From positions 736,001 through 800,000 of the forward strand of contig CAWJAX010000003.1 of NCBI GenBank assembly GCA_963841015.1: a stretch of DNA of 64,000 nt, written 5' to 3'. Below are positions 40,101 to 50,352 of the stretch, piece by piece. Below the pieces are notes generated by a model. It saw only the letters and a list, made by a program, of their open reading frames with translations, ran no database searches and had not been told where the DNA came from. The position numbers and the translations under genes were made by a program. The DNA comes from an uncultured Methanoregulaceae archaeon. GTDB taxonomy: Archaea; Halobacteriota; Methanomicrobia; Methanomicrobiales; Methanospirillaceae. Each line of letters starts with the position of its first letter. Positions within the stretch are counted from its first letter, which is position 1.

Positions 40101-41159
40101 ATGGTCAAAGAACTTTTAAAAAAATTATCCAATGCACATGGTGTATCGGGCAGTGAAAGCAGTGTATTTGCGGTTATAAAAAAGGAGCTCAAAGGGCATG
40201 TTGACGAGATACATGAAGATCCCCTTGGTAACCTGATAGCAATCAAACGCGGTAATAAATTCAAAGTAATGCTCGCTGCTCACATGGATGAGATAGGGCT
40301 TATGGTCAAGTATGTCGATGAAAAGGGATTTATCCGGTTTGTCGCTCTGGGGGGTTGGTACGGCCCGACACTCTATAACCAGCGCGTTATCCTGCATGGA
40401 TTAAAAGGTAAGTACCTTGGGGTCATCGGAGGGAAACCCCCTCACATGATGGACGAGGAAGAACGCAAAAAAGGCGTTAAAATCGATGATATGTTTATCG
40501 ACATCGGGGCTAAGAACCGCGAAGAAGTGGAATATCTCGGTATTGAAGTTGGAACACCAGTGACGGTAGACCGCGAGTTTGCCGAACTTGCCTTTAACCG
40601 GGTATCGGGAAAGGCGTTTGATAACCGGGCTGGTGTTGCCATGCTGATAAAAGCCTTAAAAGAGATGGATTCGCCTCTTACCATTTTTGGGGTTTTTACG
40701 GTTCAGGAAGAGGTCGGACTCAAAGGGGCACGGACAAGCGCTTACGCGCTCGATCCTGATTGTGCAATAGCAACAGATGTCACCATCCCGGGTGACCATC
40801 CTGGAATAGATATGAAAGATGCTCCGGTGGAGATGGGAAAAGGCCCGGTGATAACTATTGTGGACAGTAGTGGTCGTGGACTCATCGCAAGTCGGAAAGT
40901 AGTGAAGTGGCTCAAGGACACAGCCGATACTCATGGAATTCCGGTACAGATGGAAGTCGGGAGCGGAGGAACGACGGATGCAACAGCAATCCATCTGACC
41001 AAAGGCGGGATCCCCAGTACAACCGTAAGTATCCCCACCCGGTATATTCATTCACCTGTTGAAGTTCTGGATACCGAAGATATTGAAGCCGGTGTAAAAT
41101 TACTGGTGGCAGTCTTTGAAACAAAAACCTGCACTTTAAAATCGATCTCTCTTTTTTAA
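40101..41159 (+). CDS. M42 family (TET-like) aminopeptidase
   Basis: AAHMDEIG, KAFDNRAG, QEEVG, GTTDA and RYIHS motifs; the last codons may be frameshifted. Confidence 0.94.
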   Translation: MVKELLKKLSNAHGVSGSESSVFAVIKKELKGHVDEIHEDPLGNLIAIKRGNKFKVMLAAHMDEIGLMVKYVDEKGFIRFVALGGWYGPTLYNQRVILHGLKGKYLGVIGGKPPHMMDEEERKKGVKIDDMFIDIGAKNREEVEYLGIEVGTPVTVDREFAELAFNRVSGKAFDNRAGVAMLIKALKEMDSPLTIFGVFTVQEEVGLKGARTSAYALDPDCAIATDVTIPGDHPGIDMKDAPVEMGKGPVITIVDSSGRGLIASRKVVKWLKDTADTHGIPVQMEVGSGGTTDATAIHLTKGGIPSTTVSIPTRYIHSPVEVLDTEDIEAGVKLLVAVFETKTCTLKSISLF

Positions 41160-41642
41160 GACAGGACACCTTCTCCTCATAAAAAACAGGATACAGAATT
41201 AAAGATAGTTTATATCGCGCCGGCCGGGTTATTGCCTTAATTCAAATCTATGAGTTATTTCCCCATCGACCGGAATGCTGACGGCAGGACCGCGATTGGC
41301 AACCCTTCATATTCGCGTTCTGTTGGCAGGTTATGATTGGGGGGACATTTCCTCTATGGCAAATGGAAGGAGGGGCTGTTTTGTGCGTAAAATATTTGGT
41401 AAAATTATGAAAGAAGAAAATTATTTCATCAATCGTAAAATCTCGCTCAATTCTGTATTTAAAAAGTTGAAATCAAGAACAAACAGGAAAATGAGTCAGA
41501 CATTGCCTATTAAAATATTTGCATGGCAGACTGTAATGCAGACTTCGTCTGCAGTGATGAATACTAATTCTATATGGCAAATTAATATAAATAACTAAAT
41601 ATTATTCAGATTTAGTCACGGCATGTGGCTTGGAGGGAAAAA

Positions 41643-41873
41643 ATGCAATTGGTAGAAGTAATGCGGGAACGGATGTGGGTGAAAGATGGTGATCTTCTTG
41701 AAAGTGAAGGTCAGTATGAAAAAGCAATAGCTGCTTATGATCATGCTCTTCAGATTGATCCAAGTGATGCAGATGCCTGGTTCAATAAAGGAACAGCCCT
41801 GAAAAAAATGGGAAAAATCTCTGAATCAACGAAATGCGTTGAAACTGCAATAAATCTGTATTGCGGCAGATAA
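41643..41873 (+). CDS. Small TPR protein
   Basis: GQYEKAIAAYDHALQIDPSDADAWFNKG; GGAGG RBS before ATG 41643. Confidence 0.85.
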   Translation: MQLVEVMRERMWVKDGDLLESEGQYEKAIAAYDHALQIDPSDADAWFNKGTALKKMGKISESTKCVETAINLYCGR

Positions 41874-41915
41874 GATATTACGGAATATTTCGGGAAACGT
41901 GGTCTGGAGGAAAAA

Positions 41916-42260
41916 ATGGAAGCTATAGGAGTACCAAGCGCTAAAACAGAATCAGATTATCTTGTCAAACTTGCGCAGGAGAAAGCGATGGCAGGAGATC
42001 ATTTTTTAGCGGTAAAATATCTTAAAGAAGCAATCGATCTATATCCAAGAAATGCCAATGCACACCTTCTCCTGGGAAATTGTCAGGATTGTCTTGAGAA
42101 AGTTGATGATGCAATCATATCCTATGACAAAGCACTAGCGATAGACCCTGAGAACGCAGAAACCTGGTTTAATAAAGGAATGACCCTGAAGAAAATCGGG
42201 AATCTTAAAGAAGCAACGCTGTGCATTGAGAATTGTATTGATCTTTACTGTGGCAGATGA
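41916..42260 (+). CDS. Small TPR protein
   Basis: AHLLLG..., AIISYDKALAIDPENAETWFNKG; GGAGG RBS. Confidence 0.88.
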   Translation: MEAIGVPSAKTESDYLVKLAQEKAMAGDHFLAVKYLKEAIDLYPRNANAHLLLGNCQDCLEKVDDAIISYDKALAIDPENAETWFNKGMTLKKIGNLKEATLCIENCIDLYCGR

Positions 42261-42593
42261 GTATAAATCATTTTTTCGGTTGCAGAGTGTCAATGCCCTG
42301 CCAGATTTTATTATTTTATCCGAACAGTTAATACATCAAGGAAGATCCGGACAGAGCTCACACCCGATACATATTTTTCATGGGGCCTTATGCTCCCTAC
42401 TTTTTAGTGTAGGGAAAAATGGATTTCGGACCTTTCAACATTATCGTAAATTACAACAAGTTATGCATTATGACCAGGAGCATAATAATTCGGTATGGGG
42501 GCATACAGGAGAATCAGAGTTTAAAATTATTACTCTGTAGAAAATTTATTAAAAAATAATATTTGAAAAGAGGTTTTGACGTAGAAAAAGGTA

Positions 42594-42663
42594 CGCCCGG
42601 CCGGGACTTGAACCGGGTCAAAAGATCCGCAATCTTCTAGGATGTCCACTACCCCACCGGGAC
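42594..42663 (-). tRNA. tRNA-Arg (anticodon GCG)
   Basis: Reverse complement GTCCCGGTGGGGTAGTGGACATCCTAGAAGATT-GCG-GATCTTTTGACCCGGTTCAAGTCCCGGCCGGGCG; T-stem and acceptor each appear one G short. Confidence 0.88.
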
Positions 42664-42848
42664 ACTGAATTTAAGGCTGTCTGCCTTACTAAAATTGCTT
42701 TCATCGCATAAATAACTCACCGTTTAGGGATACAGAGGAAAAATTATCAGAATCTCAAAAGACGAAACGTATGGGCATAAACAGAAAAATCACATAAAAA
42801 AAACAAATCAACACAAAAAAAAATAAAATTTATTGATTATTCACCCGA

Positions 42849-43613
42849 TCATCCAGTCCAAGTTACTCTGGGTGTTGCCGTAGTTTCAACCTTCACAAAA
42901 TCCCGGGGATTGGGATCGAAGTTGGCGCAGTCTGTCGTCATATTAAATAATATTGTATCATTTATATTCCCCGCAGGCTTTACCCAAACCATTGCAGTCG
43001 CAGTAATATTATTTCGCTTGAATTCGATTTGCAAATTATCACGTTTCAGTACTTTGAGGGTCCGATTCAGATATTGATTATATCCCTTCGCCGTTCCGAA
43101 TCCATCCTGGAGATAAATTTCCCCGGTTGATTTGCTCCGGACGGTGACTTCAAACCAGGAAACGGGACTGTAAGTATCATACGATATTACTTTTTCACCC
43201 TCTCCCGTTATCTTGGAATCAACGACTTTTTTACCGGTTATATTAGAGGGTTTGACGGTATAATTAATATACATCGGGGGGCTCTTCAGATCGAACGTTA
43301 TCGCGGTTGTATTATATTCATACGTGTTTTTCGGTGATGTATAAATGCGGCAGTATTTATCCTCGGGGAGTTGGGTTGTGGGGGGTATAGTCCGATATCC
43401 ATTACCTGAAGTTATAGTTACAAAAGGTGTTACTTCCGTAACAAAGATGGGAGTTGGTGTTGCTGTTGTCGCAACGCTGGTTTGAGCGGGATTAAAAAAA
43501 TTTCCGGTTGTTGAAGATGATTTACTGTCTTTTGGCGGTGCGACACAGCCGGTTGCGGCAACAATAAGGATAATAGTAATACAGCAAATAATGCTTACTA
43601 ATTTTTCTTTCAT
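42849..43613 (-). CDS. Predicted lipoprotein with Thr/Pro-rich linker
   Basis: Hydrophobic signal ending ATGC; T/P-rich segment; beta-rich domain. Confidence 0.75.
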   Translation of the reverse strand: MKEKLVSIICCITIILIVAATGCVAPPKDSKSSSTTGNFFNPAQTSVATTATPTPIFVTEVTPFVTITSGNGYRTIPPTTQLPEDKYCRIYTSPKNTYEYNTTAITFDLKSPPMYINYTVKPSNITGKKVVDSKITGEGEKVISYDTYSPVSWFEVTVRSKSTGEIYLQDGFGTAKGYNQYLNRTLKVLKRDNLQIEFKRNNITATAMVWVKPAGNINDTILFNMTTDCANFDPNPRDFVKVETTATPRVTWTG

Positions 43614-43925
43614 ATTTTAATAGTACCAGCTATTCATAGTAATTAAGTATTTTCACATTGATGTGTCCCTACTATTAAAAATTGTTTATCCAAAAAAAAG
43701 ATTTTCAACCTTTATCATGTTTTTCATAAGAAATTTTACCTGTATTACGATACATTTGGAACAGTGTCAAAAAACTATTAATTTTTTTAAGTTGACGCCC
43801 CATCTGCCCAAAAGATTACTCAGGAATTCTCTCTCTTTTTAAAAATTTTTAAAATTAATTGAATGCATCATAGATTATCAATACGGATGCAATTTTCCTT
43901 CCTTAAAAAACAACCAGCAAAATAA

Positions 43926-44010
43926 TGCGAGGGATGGGATTCGAACCCAAGAACTCCTGCGAGATCAGGCCCTGAACCTGACGCCGTTGACCTGGCTTGG
44001 CTACCCTCGC
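43926..44010 (-). tRNA. tRNA-Leu (anticodon CAG)
   Basis: Reverse complement GCGAGGGTAGCCAAGCCAGGTCAACGGCGTCAGGTT-CAG-GGCCTGA...GGGTTCGAATCCCATCCCTCGCA; long variable arm. Confidence 0.96.
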
Positions 44011-44051
44011 GCTTGTATACATTATGTATGAAATTAAATAAAGATAGGGGG

Positions 44052-45914
44052 TCACTCCCCCTTTCCGGCGGTGTTCCCGTTCAGGGATTTCTTCATCTCC
44101 CGGTCACGAAGCTCATTGCGCTTAATCTTTCCTGATATGGTTTTCGGGAGGGAGTCCACGAATTCGATTGCACGCGGGTATTTGTATGGTGCAGTAACCT
44201 TTTTCACATGGTTCTGGATCTCACGAACAAGTGGCTCAGAGGGTTTAATTCCGGGTTTGAGAATCACGAACGCTTTGACAATGAGCCCCCTGATATCATC
44301 CGGCGACCCAACAACAGCTGCTTCCTGAACTGCCGGGTGCTCGATCAATGCACTCTCCACTTCAAAAGGCCCGATGCGGTAGCCTGAAGCTTTAATCACG
44401 TCATCGTCCCTGCCGATGAACCAGTAATAACCATCCTCGTCCTTATACGCCTTATCTCCGGTATAATAGAAACCGTTTACAAATGATTTCTTATTTTCTT
44501 CATCGTTGTACAGGTATTCCCGGAATAATCCAACCGGGTGTGGATCGAGCCTGATGGCAATTTTACCTTCCTCATGGAGACCAACCTGTTTCCCATTGTC
44601 ATCATGCAGCTCAATGTGCCAGCCGGGCGATGGTTTCCCCATTGACCCGAATTTCGGAATCATACCGGGAAACGTACCGATACAAAGCACAGTCTCTGTC
44701 TGCCCGTACCCTTCGTAGATTGTGAGCCCGGTTGCATCCTTCCATGCCTTTATAACCTCAGGATTGAGCGGCTCACCGGCACTCACACAATGCCGGAGTT
44801 CGGTAAAATCGAACTTGTCCAGGTCAGCAAGAATGAGCATGCGATAAATTGTGGGGGGACAGCAGAACGTTGTTATGCCATATTTCTCGATGAGGGGAAG
44901 AATCTCGGTCGGATTGAATTTATTTCGAATATCGTACACAAAAATCGCCGCACCTTCGATCCATTGCCCATAAAACTTCCCCCACGCACTTTTTGCCCAA
45001 CCCGTATCAGAGAGAGTAAAGTGAAGATCGTTGATGCGTATATCATGCCAGAACCGTGCGGTAACAATATGCCCGAGTGCATAACTCTGGTCGTGCACCG
45101 CCATCTTAGGTTCACCCGTCGTTCCCGATGTGAAAAAAATCACGAGTGGATCAGTACTCTTGGTTTTTTTCATACCAGGAAGTGAGACTATTTTCGTTGA
45201 CACCGGAGCTGGAAAATCGAGTTCGACAGGGTAGCTGATCCAGCCCTGCCGTTTACCATCGATTACTATCTTGCAGGACAGTGATGGACACTCCTTTGCA
45301 ATCTGATCGATTTTTTCAGCGTGCTCCTGGCTTGTTATGACCATCTTGATATCAGCAATATTTATCCGGTATTTCAGATCATGGGGGGTTAACATGGTTG
45401 GCGCGGGACAATAAACTGCACCACGTTTGATCAATGCAAGAGTAAATGTCCACCATTCAGGGACACGGGGCAGCATAATCAGGACCCGGTCGCCTTTGTT
45501 GACGCCATACTTGATCATGATGTTCACTATCTGGTTGGAAAGACGCATCAAATCCCAGAAAGTAAATTTCTCCTCTACACCATCCTGGTTCACCCAGATC
45601 ATCGCGAGTTTGTTCCGATCCTTATTCGCCCATCCATCGATCACATCAAAACCGAAGTTAAAGTACTCGGGCACATCTATCCGGAAGTTATTGCACGTTT
45701 CATCGTAACTGACCATGTTATGATCATTATGACCAAATACCGGGCCGGCAGATGGCAACGCAGCTGCACCAGCTGGGCCTGTTCCTGAACTTCCCGCAAG
45801 GTTCTTGTGGCATGCCTCGCTAATCCAGTCAGACCGCGAGATTTTTCGCTTTTCACACGATTTATCGATAGTGTCTGTAAGCGTATCGTCCATTGTAACA
45901 GAATACCGCACCAT
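44052..45914 (-). CDS. AMP-forming acyl-CoA synthetase (medium-chain ACSM-like) with N-terminal ribbon-helix-helix domain
   Basis: FTSGTTGEPK, EGYGQTET, TGD, GRDDDVIK and PKTISGKI motifs; the first ~40 aa are RHH-like. Confidence 0.92.
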   Translation of the reverse strand: MVRYSVTMDDTLTDTIDKSCEKRKISRSDWISEACHKNLAGSSGTGPAGAAALPSAGPVFGHNDHNMVSYDETCNNFRIDVPEYFNFGFDVIDGWANKDRNKLAMIWVNQDGVEEKFTFWDLMRLSNQIVNIMIKYGVNKGDRVLIMLPRVPEWWTFTLALIKRGAVYCPAPTMLTPHDLKYRINIADIKMVITSQEHAEKIDQIAKECPSLSCKIVIDGKRQGWISYPVELDFPAPVSTKIVSLPGMKKTKSTDPLVIFFTSGTTGEPKMAVHDQSYALGHIVTARFWHDIRINDLHFTLSDTGWAKSAWGKFYGQWIEGAAIFVYDIRNKFNPTEILPLIEKYGITTFCCPPTIYRMLILADLDKFDFTELRHCVSAGEPLNPEVIKAWKDATGLTIYEGYGQTETVLCIGTFPGMIPKFGSMGKPSPGWHIELHDDNGKQVGLHEEGKIAIRLDPHPVGLFREYLYNDEENKKSFVNGFYYTGDKAYKDEDGYYWFIGRDDDVIKASGYRIGPFEVESALIEHPAVQEAAVVGSPDDIRGLIVKAFVILKPGIKPSEPLVREIQNHVKKVTAPYKYPRAIEFVDSLPKTISGKIKRNELRDREMKKSLNGNTAGKGE

Positions 45915-45925
45915 TCTAGATCGGT

Positions 45926-45975
45926 TTGATGGTGCACTTTATGAGCATTTCGATTATAATATGCACCACCATCAA
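45926..45975. promoter_or_regulatory. Inverted repeat upstream of the RHH-ACS gene (candidate operator)
   Basis: TTGATGGTG (45926-45934) / CACCATCAA (45967-45975); GGTGCA 45931-45936 / TGCACC 45962-45967. Confidence 0.45.
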
Positions 45976-46326
45976 GAAAATCCCCAAGAACTTAATATCT
46001 CCATCAAGGGTTCATTCAAGAATTGAGTTACTGATCGGCTCCGCAATTCTTTTATAAAAAATTCTGGTGCAGTTCTTTTAATCCTCAGGCAGATGTATTC
46101 AGGTACACCAGGGAAAGATTCCTTTAAGGAGTGCTCTTGGGGGGGGTGCCAGGCTTCATTAATATCATGAATTTTTTTTATACGGACTGGCAGGGATACG
46201 TTATGGATGAAGGAAAGTCGCTTCTTTCGTATCACGGAAATGAGATCCCGAGGATGTGATCTCTACCGAGGGGACATAAAGATTGTCCATTAGTATTATG
46301 ATTCAGAGAAAAGCATAGTATAGTGG

Positions 46327-46881
46327 ATGGCAGATAAAAAGTACGAATCATTAAAAATTGAGAATATCGTAGCATCGGGTGTTATTGCCGATTCAATTGA
46401 TCTTGTTGATGTTTCCAGTAAGATTAAAAGCTGCGAACTCAACACGAAGCGATTTCCCGGCGCAGTCTACCGGATCGAGAACCCGAAGATTGCGTCACTG
46501 ATTTTTTCATCCGGTAAGGTCGTGCTGACCGGTATCCGGGACAAAAAAGCGCTTACTGAAGGGCTCAGAATAATCATGAAGTCTCTTAAGGAGGCAGGTG
46601 TCGATACTTACAAAGAACCAAAAGTGGCAATAACGAATATTGTCTGTTCGTATGATATCGGGAAATACATCAATCTCAACAAAGTGGTCATCACCCTCAA
46701 TCTGGAAAACATCGAATATGAGCCCGAACAGTTCCCCGGGCTTGTGTACCGGATTAAGGATCCCAAGATCGTTGCTCTTCTCTTCTCTTCAGGAAAGATC
46801 ATCCTTACAGGCGGCAAGAACCTTGAGGATATCAAGAAGGGTCTGGATTTCCTCGAACAGAAACTCGAAAGTATTATGTAA
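46327..46881 (+). CDS. tbp: TATA-box-binding protein
   Basis: Two repeats: IENIVAS...FPGAVYR...IFSSGKVVLTG and NIVCS...YEPEQFPGLVYR...LFSSGKIILTG. Confidence 0.98.
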   Translation: MADKKYESLKIENIVASGVIADSIDLVDVSSKIKSCELNTKRFPGAVYRIENPKIASLIFSSGKVVLTGIRDKKALTEGLRIIMKSLKEAGVDTYKEPKVAITNIVCSYDIGKYINLNKVVITLNLENIEYEPEQFPGLVYRIKDPKIVALLFSSGKIILTGGKNLEDIKKGLDFLEQKLESIM

Positions 46882-46912
46882 TTTTTTTTTAAAATTGCCC
46901 TTTTTTATTCAG

Positions 46913-49610
46913 TTATGACCAGTACCGGTGTGTCTGGATAAAATTTCGTTCCGCTTTCATTATCTCCCGGTAAAAGGCGTCACCATCAGTCAGGGTTGCA
47001 AGAATGCGGGACGCGTTCTCCGGTCCGACACCCCGAGCTGAAAGGGCGATCACTGCTTTCTTTCCACTGGACAGCACAATATTGGCATTTTTTAAGAGAC
47101 GCTGCTCTATCGCACGCTCACCCTGGGTCTTCCGGGATTTCCGGATATCTGAGTACAATTCATCTTCATAGGGTTTGAGTGCTGCAATGAGACGCGCCCC
47201 GCATTTCGGACATTGCGGTTGATCGGGAACGCGGGAGACAACGGTCCGGCTCTTCCAGTCCCTGCAGTTCATGCATACGAGGAGCACATCATCCTGGTCA
47301 AGCCTGCGTTTCAGCGTTGCGAGGACCGCTTGATCAGCCGTAGGGGGAGGGATTTGATCACGGGATGAAAGGAGTCCACCGGCACCGATCAATGAATGAG
47401 GGCCCAGCGCAACACAGATTTCACCCTGTTTCACCTGACGGATAATTCCAACAGCGGTATCGATATCCATATATTCTGAGAGTAGTTCCCGGTATGCTTC
47501 CTGTTGAACAACCGTGCCATCAAAGTATTCTAAAAGACGCTGGATACTGATCTTTTCATAATCGGCATCCGGATCGATTGCACCAAATTTCTTTGCAATC
47601 TGAACCAGTTTCCACTTGAAAAGTGCAGTGCGTTTCAGGGCAAGCCGGAGAATTCCCGGCATGTGTGAAGCGTCAAGGGAGAGCAGCAAATCCCGAACAT
47701 CTGCAGCCCTGACAGAGGAGGGGAGTCGCAGAAGCATGCGATATGCGTCAAGTTCAAGACCGACAGTCGTTCCGTACCGTGCAGATATGAGAATCGAAAG
47801 AACACGTCCCAGAGCTTCATTTGTCTTGTGACCGGCACAGACATTACATACTACCCCGTCATCGGTATTTTCCAGCGTGATGAGGATATCAGTGGGTATC
47901 AGGGACCGGTTTTTATCCATTTCATACAGGAACTTTTCTGCATAGGTGATGCAATCCGGCTCTGAGGTATATTCTGAAATGTCCCGCCTTCTCCGTACGC
48001 TTCCGACTTCGCAAGCAACCGAGTATGGTACCGGAATCTGCTCGCCTTCCCAGGAGGGTAGCTCTCCCAGTGCTTTTTTTGCAGGTTCTACCGTCAGTTT
48101 TCCGTCGGCGATCTCAATTACACGCCAGAGCTGCCCTTTGGTGATGAAAACCACACCCGTGTGTACCCATCCGACCACAAAGGATTCATCGAGGGAACCA
48201 ACCGTTCTTCGGGAGACCATATCAAAGATCGGCACCTTTCGCTCATCGTGTATCATGGAAAGGTTGCCGGCAAGGTAGCGCCGGGCGCGTGCCGTTGTGA
48301 CAATCCGGCTCTTATCGATCCGGATTCAGCCGGTGCTCCTCCATCTGCCGGCACACGTCATCCAGGAGCGTTCCGCAATCGGTAAAGATAGCAGTGCGTT
48401 CAAGGATCTCACGGATTTTTGCCCGTTCTATCTCACCATATTCCACAGCAATGGCAGCAATCTGGTTTGCAAGAACATCAGCGGCATTCCTGTGGGGCAC
48501 AACCCGTTCGATCTCGTTTGCTTTGGCTTTTTTTGCGATGACCAGGGACTCAAGCAGATCGTCAAAACCGGTTGCAAAAATTGTTCCCCTCGATATGGTG
48601 TTCAACCGGTGACCGGCACGACCTATACGTTGCACGAGCCGGGCAACTTCCCGGGGGGATCCAAACTGGATCACATGGTCAACCCGACCGATATCGATTC
48701 CCAGCTCCATCGATGAAGTGCAGATGAGTGTCCGGATCTCACCGCGTTTGAACCGTTCCTCGGCATCGATTCTTACCTCTTTTGAAAGTGATCCGTGGTG
48801 CACCTCAACATTCCCGTGTTCATACAGGGCATGCCCCAGTGCTTCGGCAGTCACCCTTGTGTTCACAAAGACAAGGGTTGATCCTTCCCTTTTCAGGGCT
48901 TTTAAAAGAGCCTCAGTCTGCCGCTGGAAATTGTCGCCAACAAACCTGACAGTGATATCCAGCTGTTTTGCGACGGGAACCGAAACTACTGAAAACACAC
49001 GTTCACCGCAGAGAAAACGTGCAATATCCTCAGGGTTTCCGACGGTTGCTGACAAACCAATGCGCTGGAATTCACCTGCATATACCTGGAGCCGTTCAAG
49101 CGCAACAGCAAGCTGGGCACCGCGTTTGCTTCCTGCAAGTTCATGTATCTCATCGATTATCACGAACTTTACCTGAGCAAGATGCTTTCGGAGCCGTTTT
49201 CCCATAAAAAGTGCCTGGAGCGTCTCCGGGGTAGTAATCAGGAGATCGGGAGGGGACAGTGCCTGTTTACGTCGTTCTCCCATAGGAGTGTCCCCATGAC
49301 GCACACCGACAGACAGCCCGAGCTCACTGCACCACCATTGCATGCGCGCAAGGATATCGCGATTGAGTGAACGTAAAGGTGTAATGTAAAGCGCTTTAAT
49401 GCCACCACCTGCAGGCAGAGAAAGGAGGGCATTAAAGACCGGAAACATCGCACTCTCAGTCTTACCAGTACCGGTTGGTGCAATCAGGACAACGTGATTG
49501 CCTTTAAGGATAAGCGGTATCGCCTGTTTCTGGGCATCAGAAAGCACGGAAAACCCGCGCTTTTTTATACATGCCTGAACCTTCGGATCCAGCACTTCAA
49601 TCGCTTTCAT
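46913..49610 (-). CDS. Lhr-family DEAD/DEAH helicase (frameshift near 48325)
   Basis: APTGTGKT, DEIHE, SAT, HHGSLS and QRIGRAGH motifs; C-terminal part with PSWEGE and CxxC Zn ribbon. Confidence 0.92.
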
Positions 49611-50352
49611 CTGATTGCAGCGAACTGACGGGGCCGATATATGTCCCATCGGCAAGGATAATCTCTGCTTCCTCTTTTTTCATGCATCTCGACAGCGGCG
49701 AGAACGGGTTTTTGATAATCTGAAGGATATCATACCCTGCAATTTCGTTAAAAGATGGCACGAACAACATTCGGGTGGTGGGGGAATTTTCCAGAGTTGT
49801 ATCCATCCCCAGCCTTTCCAGGTCAAGTCCGACCCGCAGGTATGCCGGGGTCTGAAGGGCGCACCCCACTTCATCTTTCAGCAGGAACAGGGGATGATGG
49901 TGCCCGATAACAATCAGATGTCCTGCAAGCTCAGGGGAGGGGTACATATGCCCGTGAAGATATCCGACTCCATCAATGATTGTTCCATTTCTTGGCTGGA
50001 GCTCAGTATCAAGAAGATAACGTTCTATACCGATGTCGTGGTTACCGGGAAATACCTTCAGGGGGATTCGACTGCGAATAGCATCAAGAATTCCCGGCAT
50101 CTCAAAATACTCCTGACGGGTAAGTGAAGGGATACTGTGTTTAATATCCCCCAGAAGTATGAGCATATCGGGATCTGCTGCATCGATAGTTTTCAACAAA
50201 TGTTCAAGCCTATCAGCACTTCGGCTCCTGAAATGCAGGCCATGGGCGGCGAGATCAGCCTCTATACCGAAATGGAGATCCGCAACAATCAATAGTCGCT
50301 GTGAACTGTCGATTACCAGCGCAGGGCCATCACCAAAAAATTCCAGGTTCAT
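49597..50352 (-). CDS. Metallophosphoesterase (Lhr-associated)
   Basis: ADLH, LGD, GNHD, HGH and GHHHP motifs; start taken at MNLEFF. Confidence 0.92.
   Translation of the reverse strand: MNLEFFGDGPALVIDSSQRLLIVADLHFGIEADLAAHGLHFRSRSADRLEHLLKTIDAADPDMLILLGDIKHSIPSLTRQEYFEMPGILDAIRSRIPLKVFPGNHDIGIERYLLDTELQPRNGTIIDGVGYLHGHMYPSPELAGHLIVIGHHHPLFLLKDEVGCALQTPAYLRVGLDLERLGMDTTLENSPTTRMLFVPSFNEIAGYDILQIIKNPFSPLSRCMKKEEAEIILADGTYIGPVSSLQSDESD

Noticed and set aside
42594-42663. tRNA-Arg pseudogene
   Set aside because: The defects are single missing Gs in homopolymers, consistent with the window-wide indel pattern
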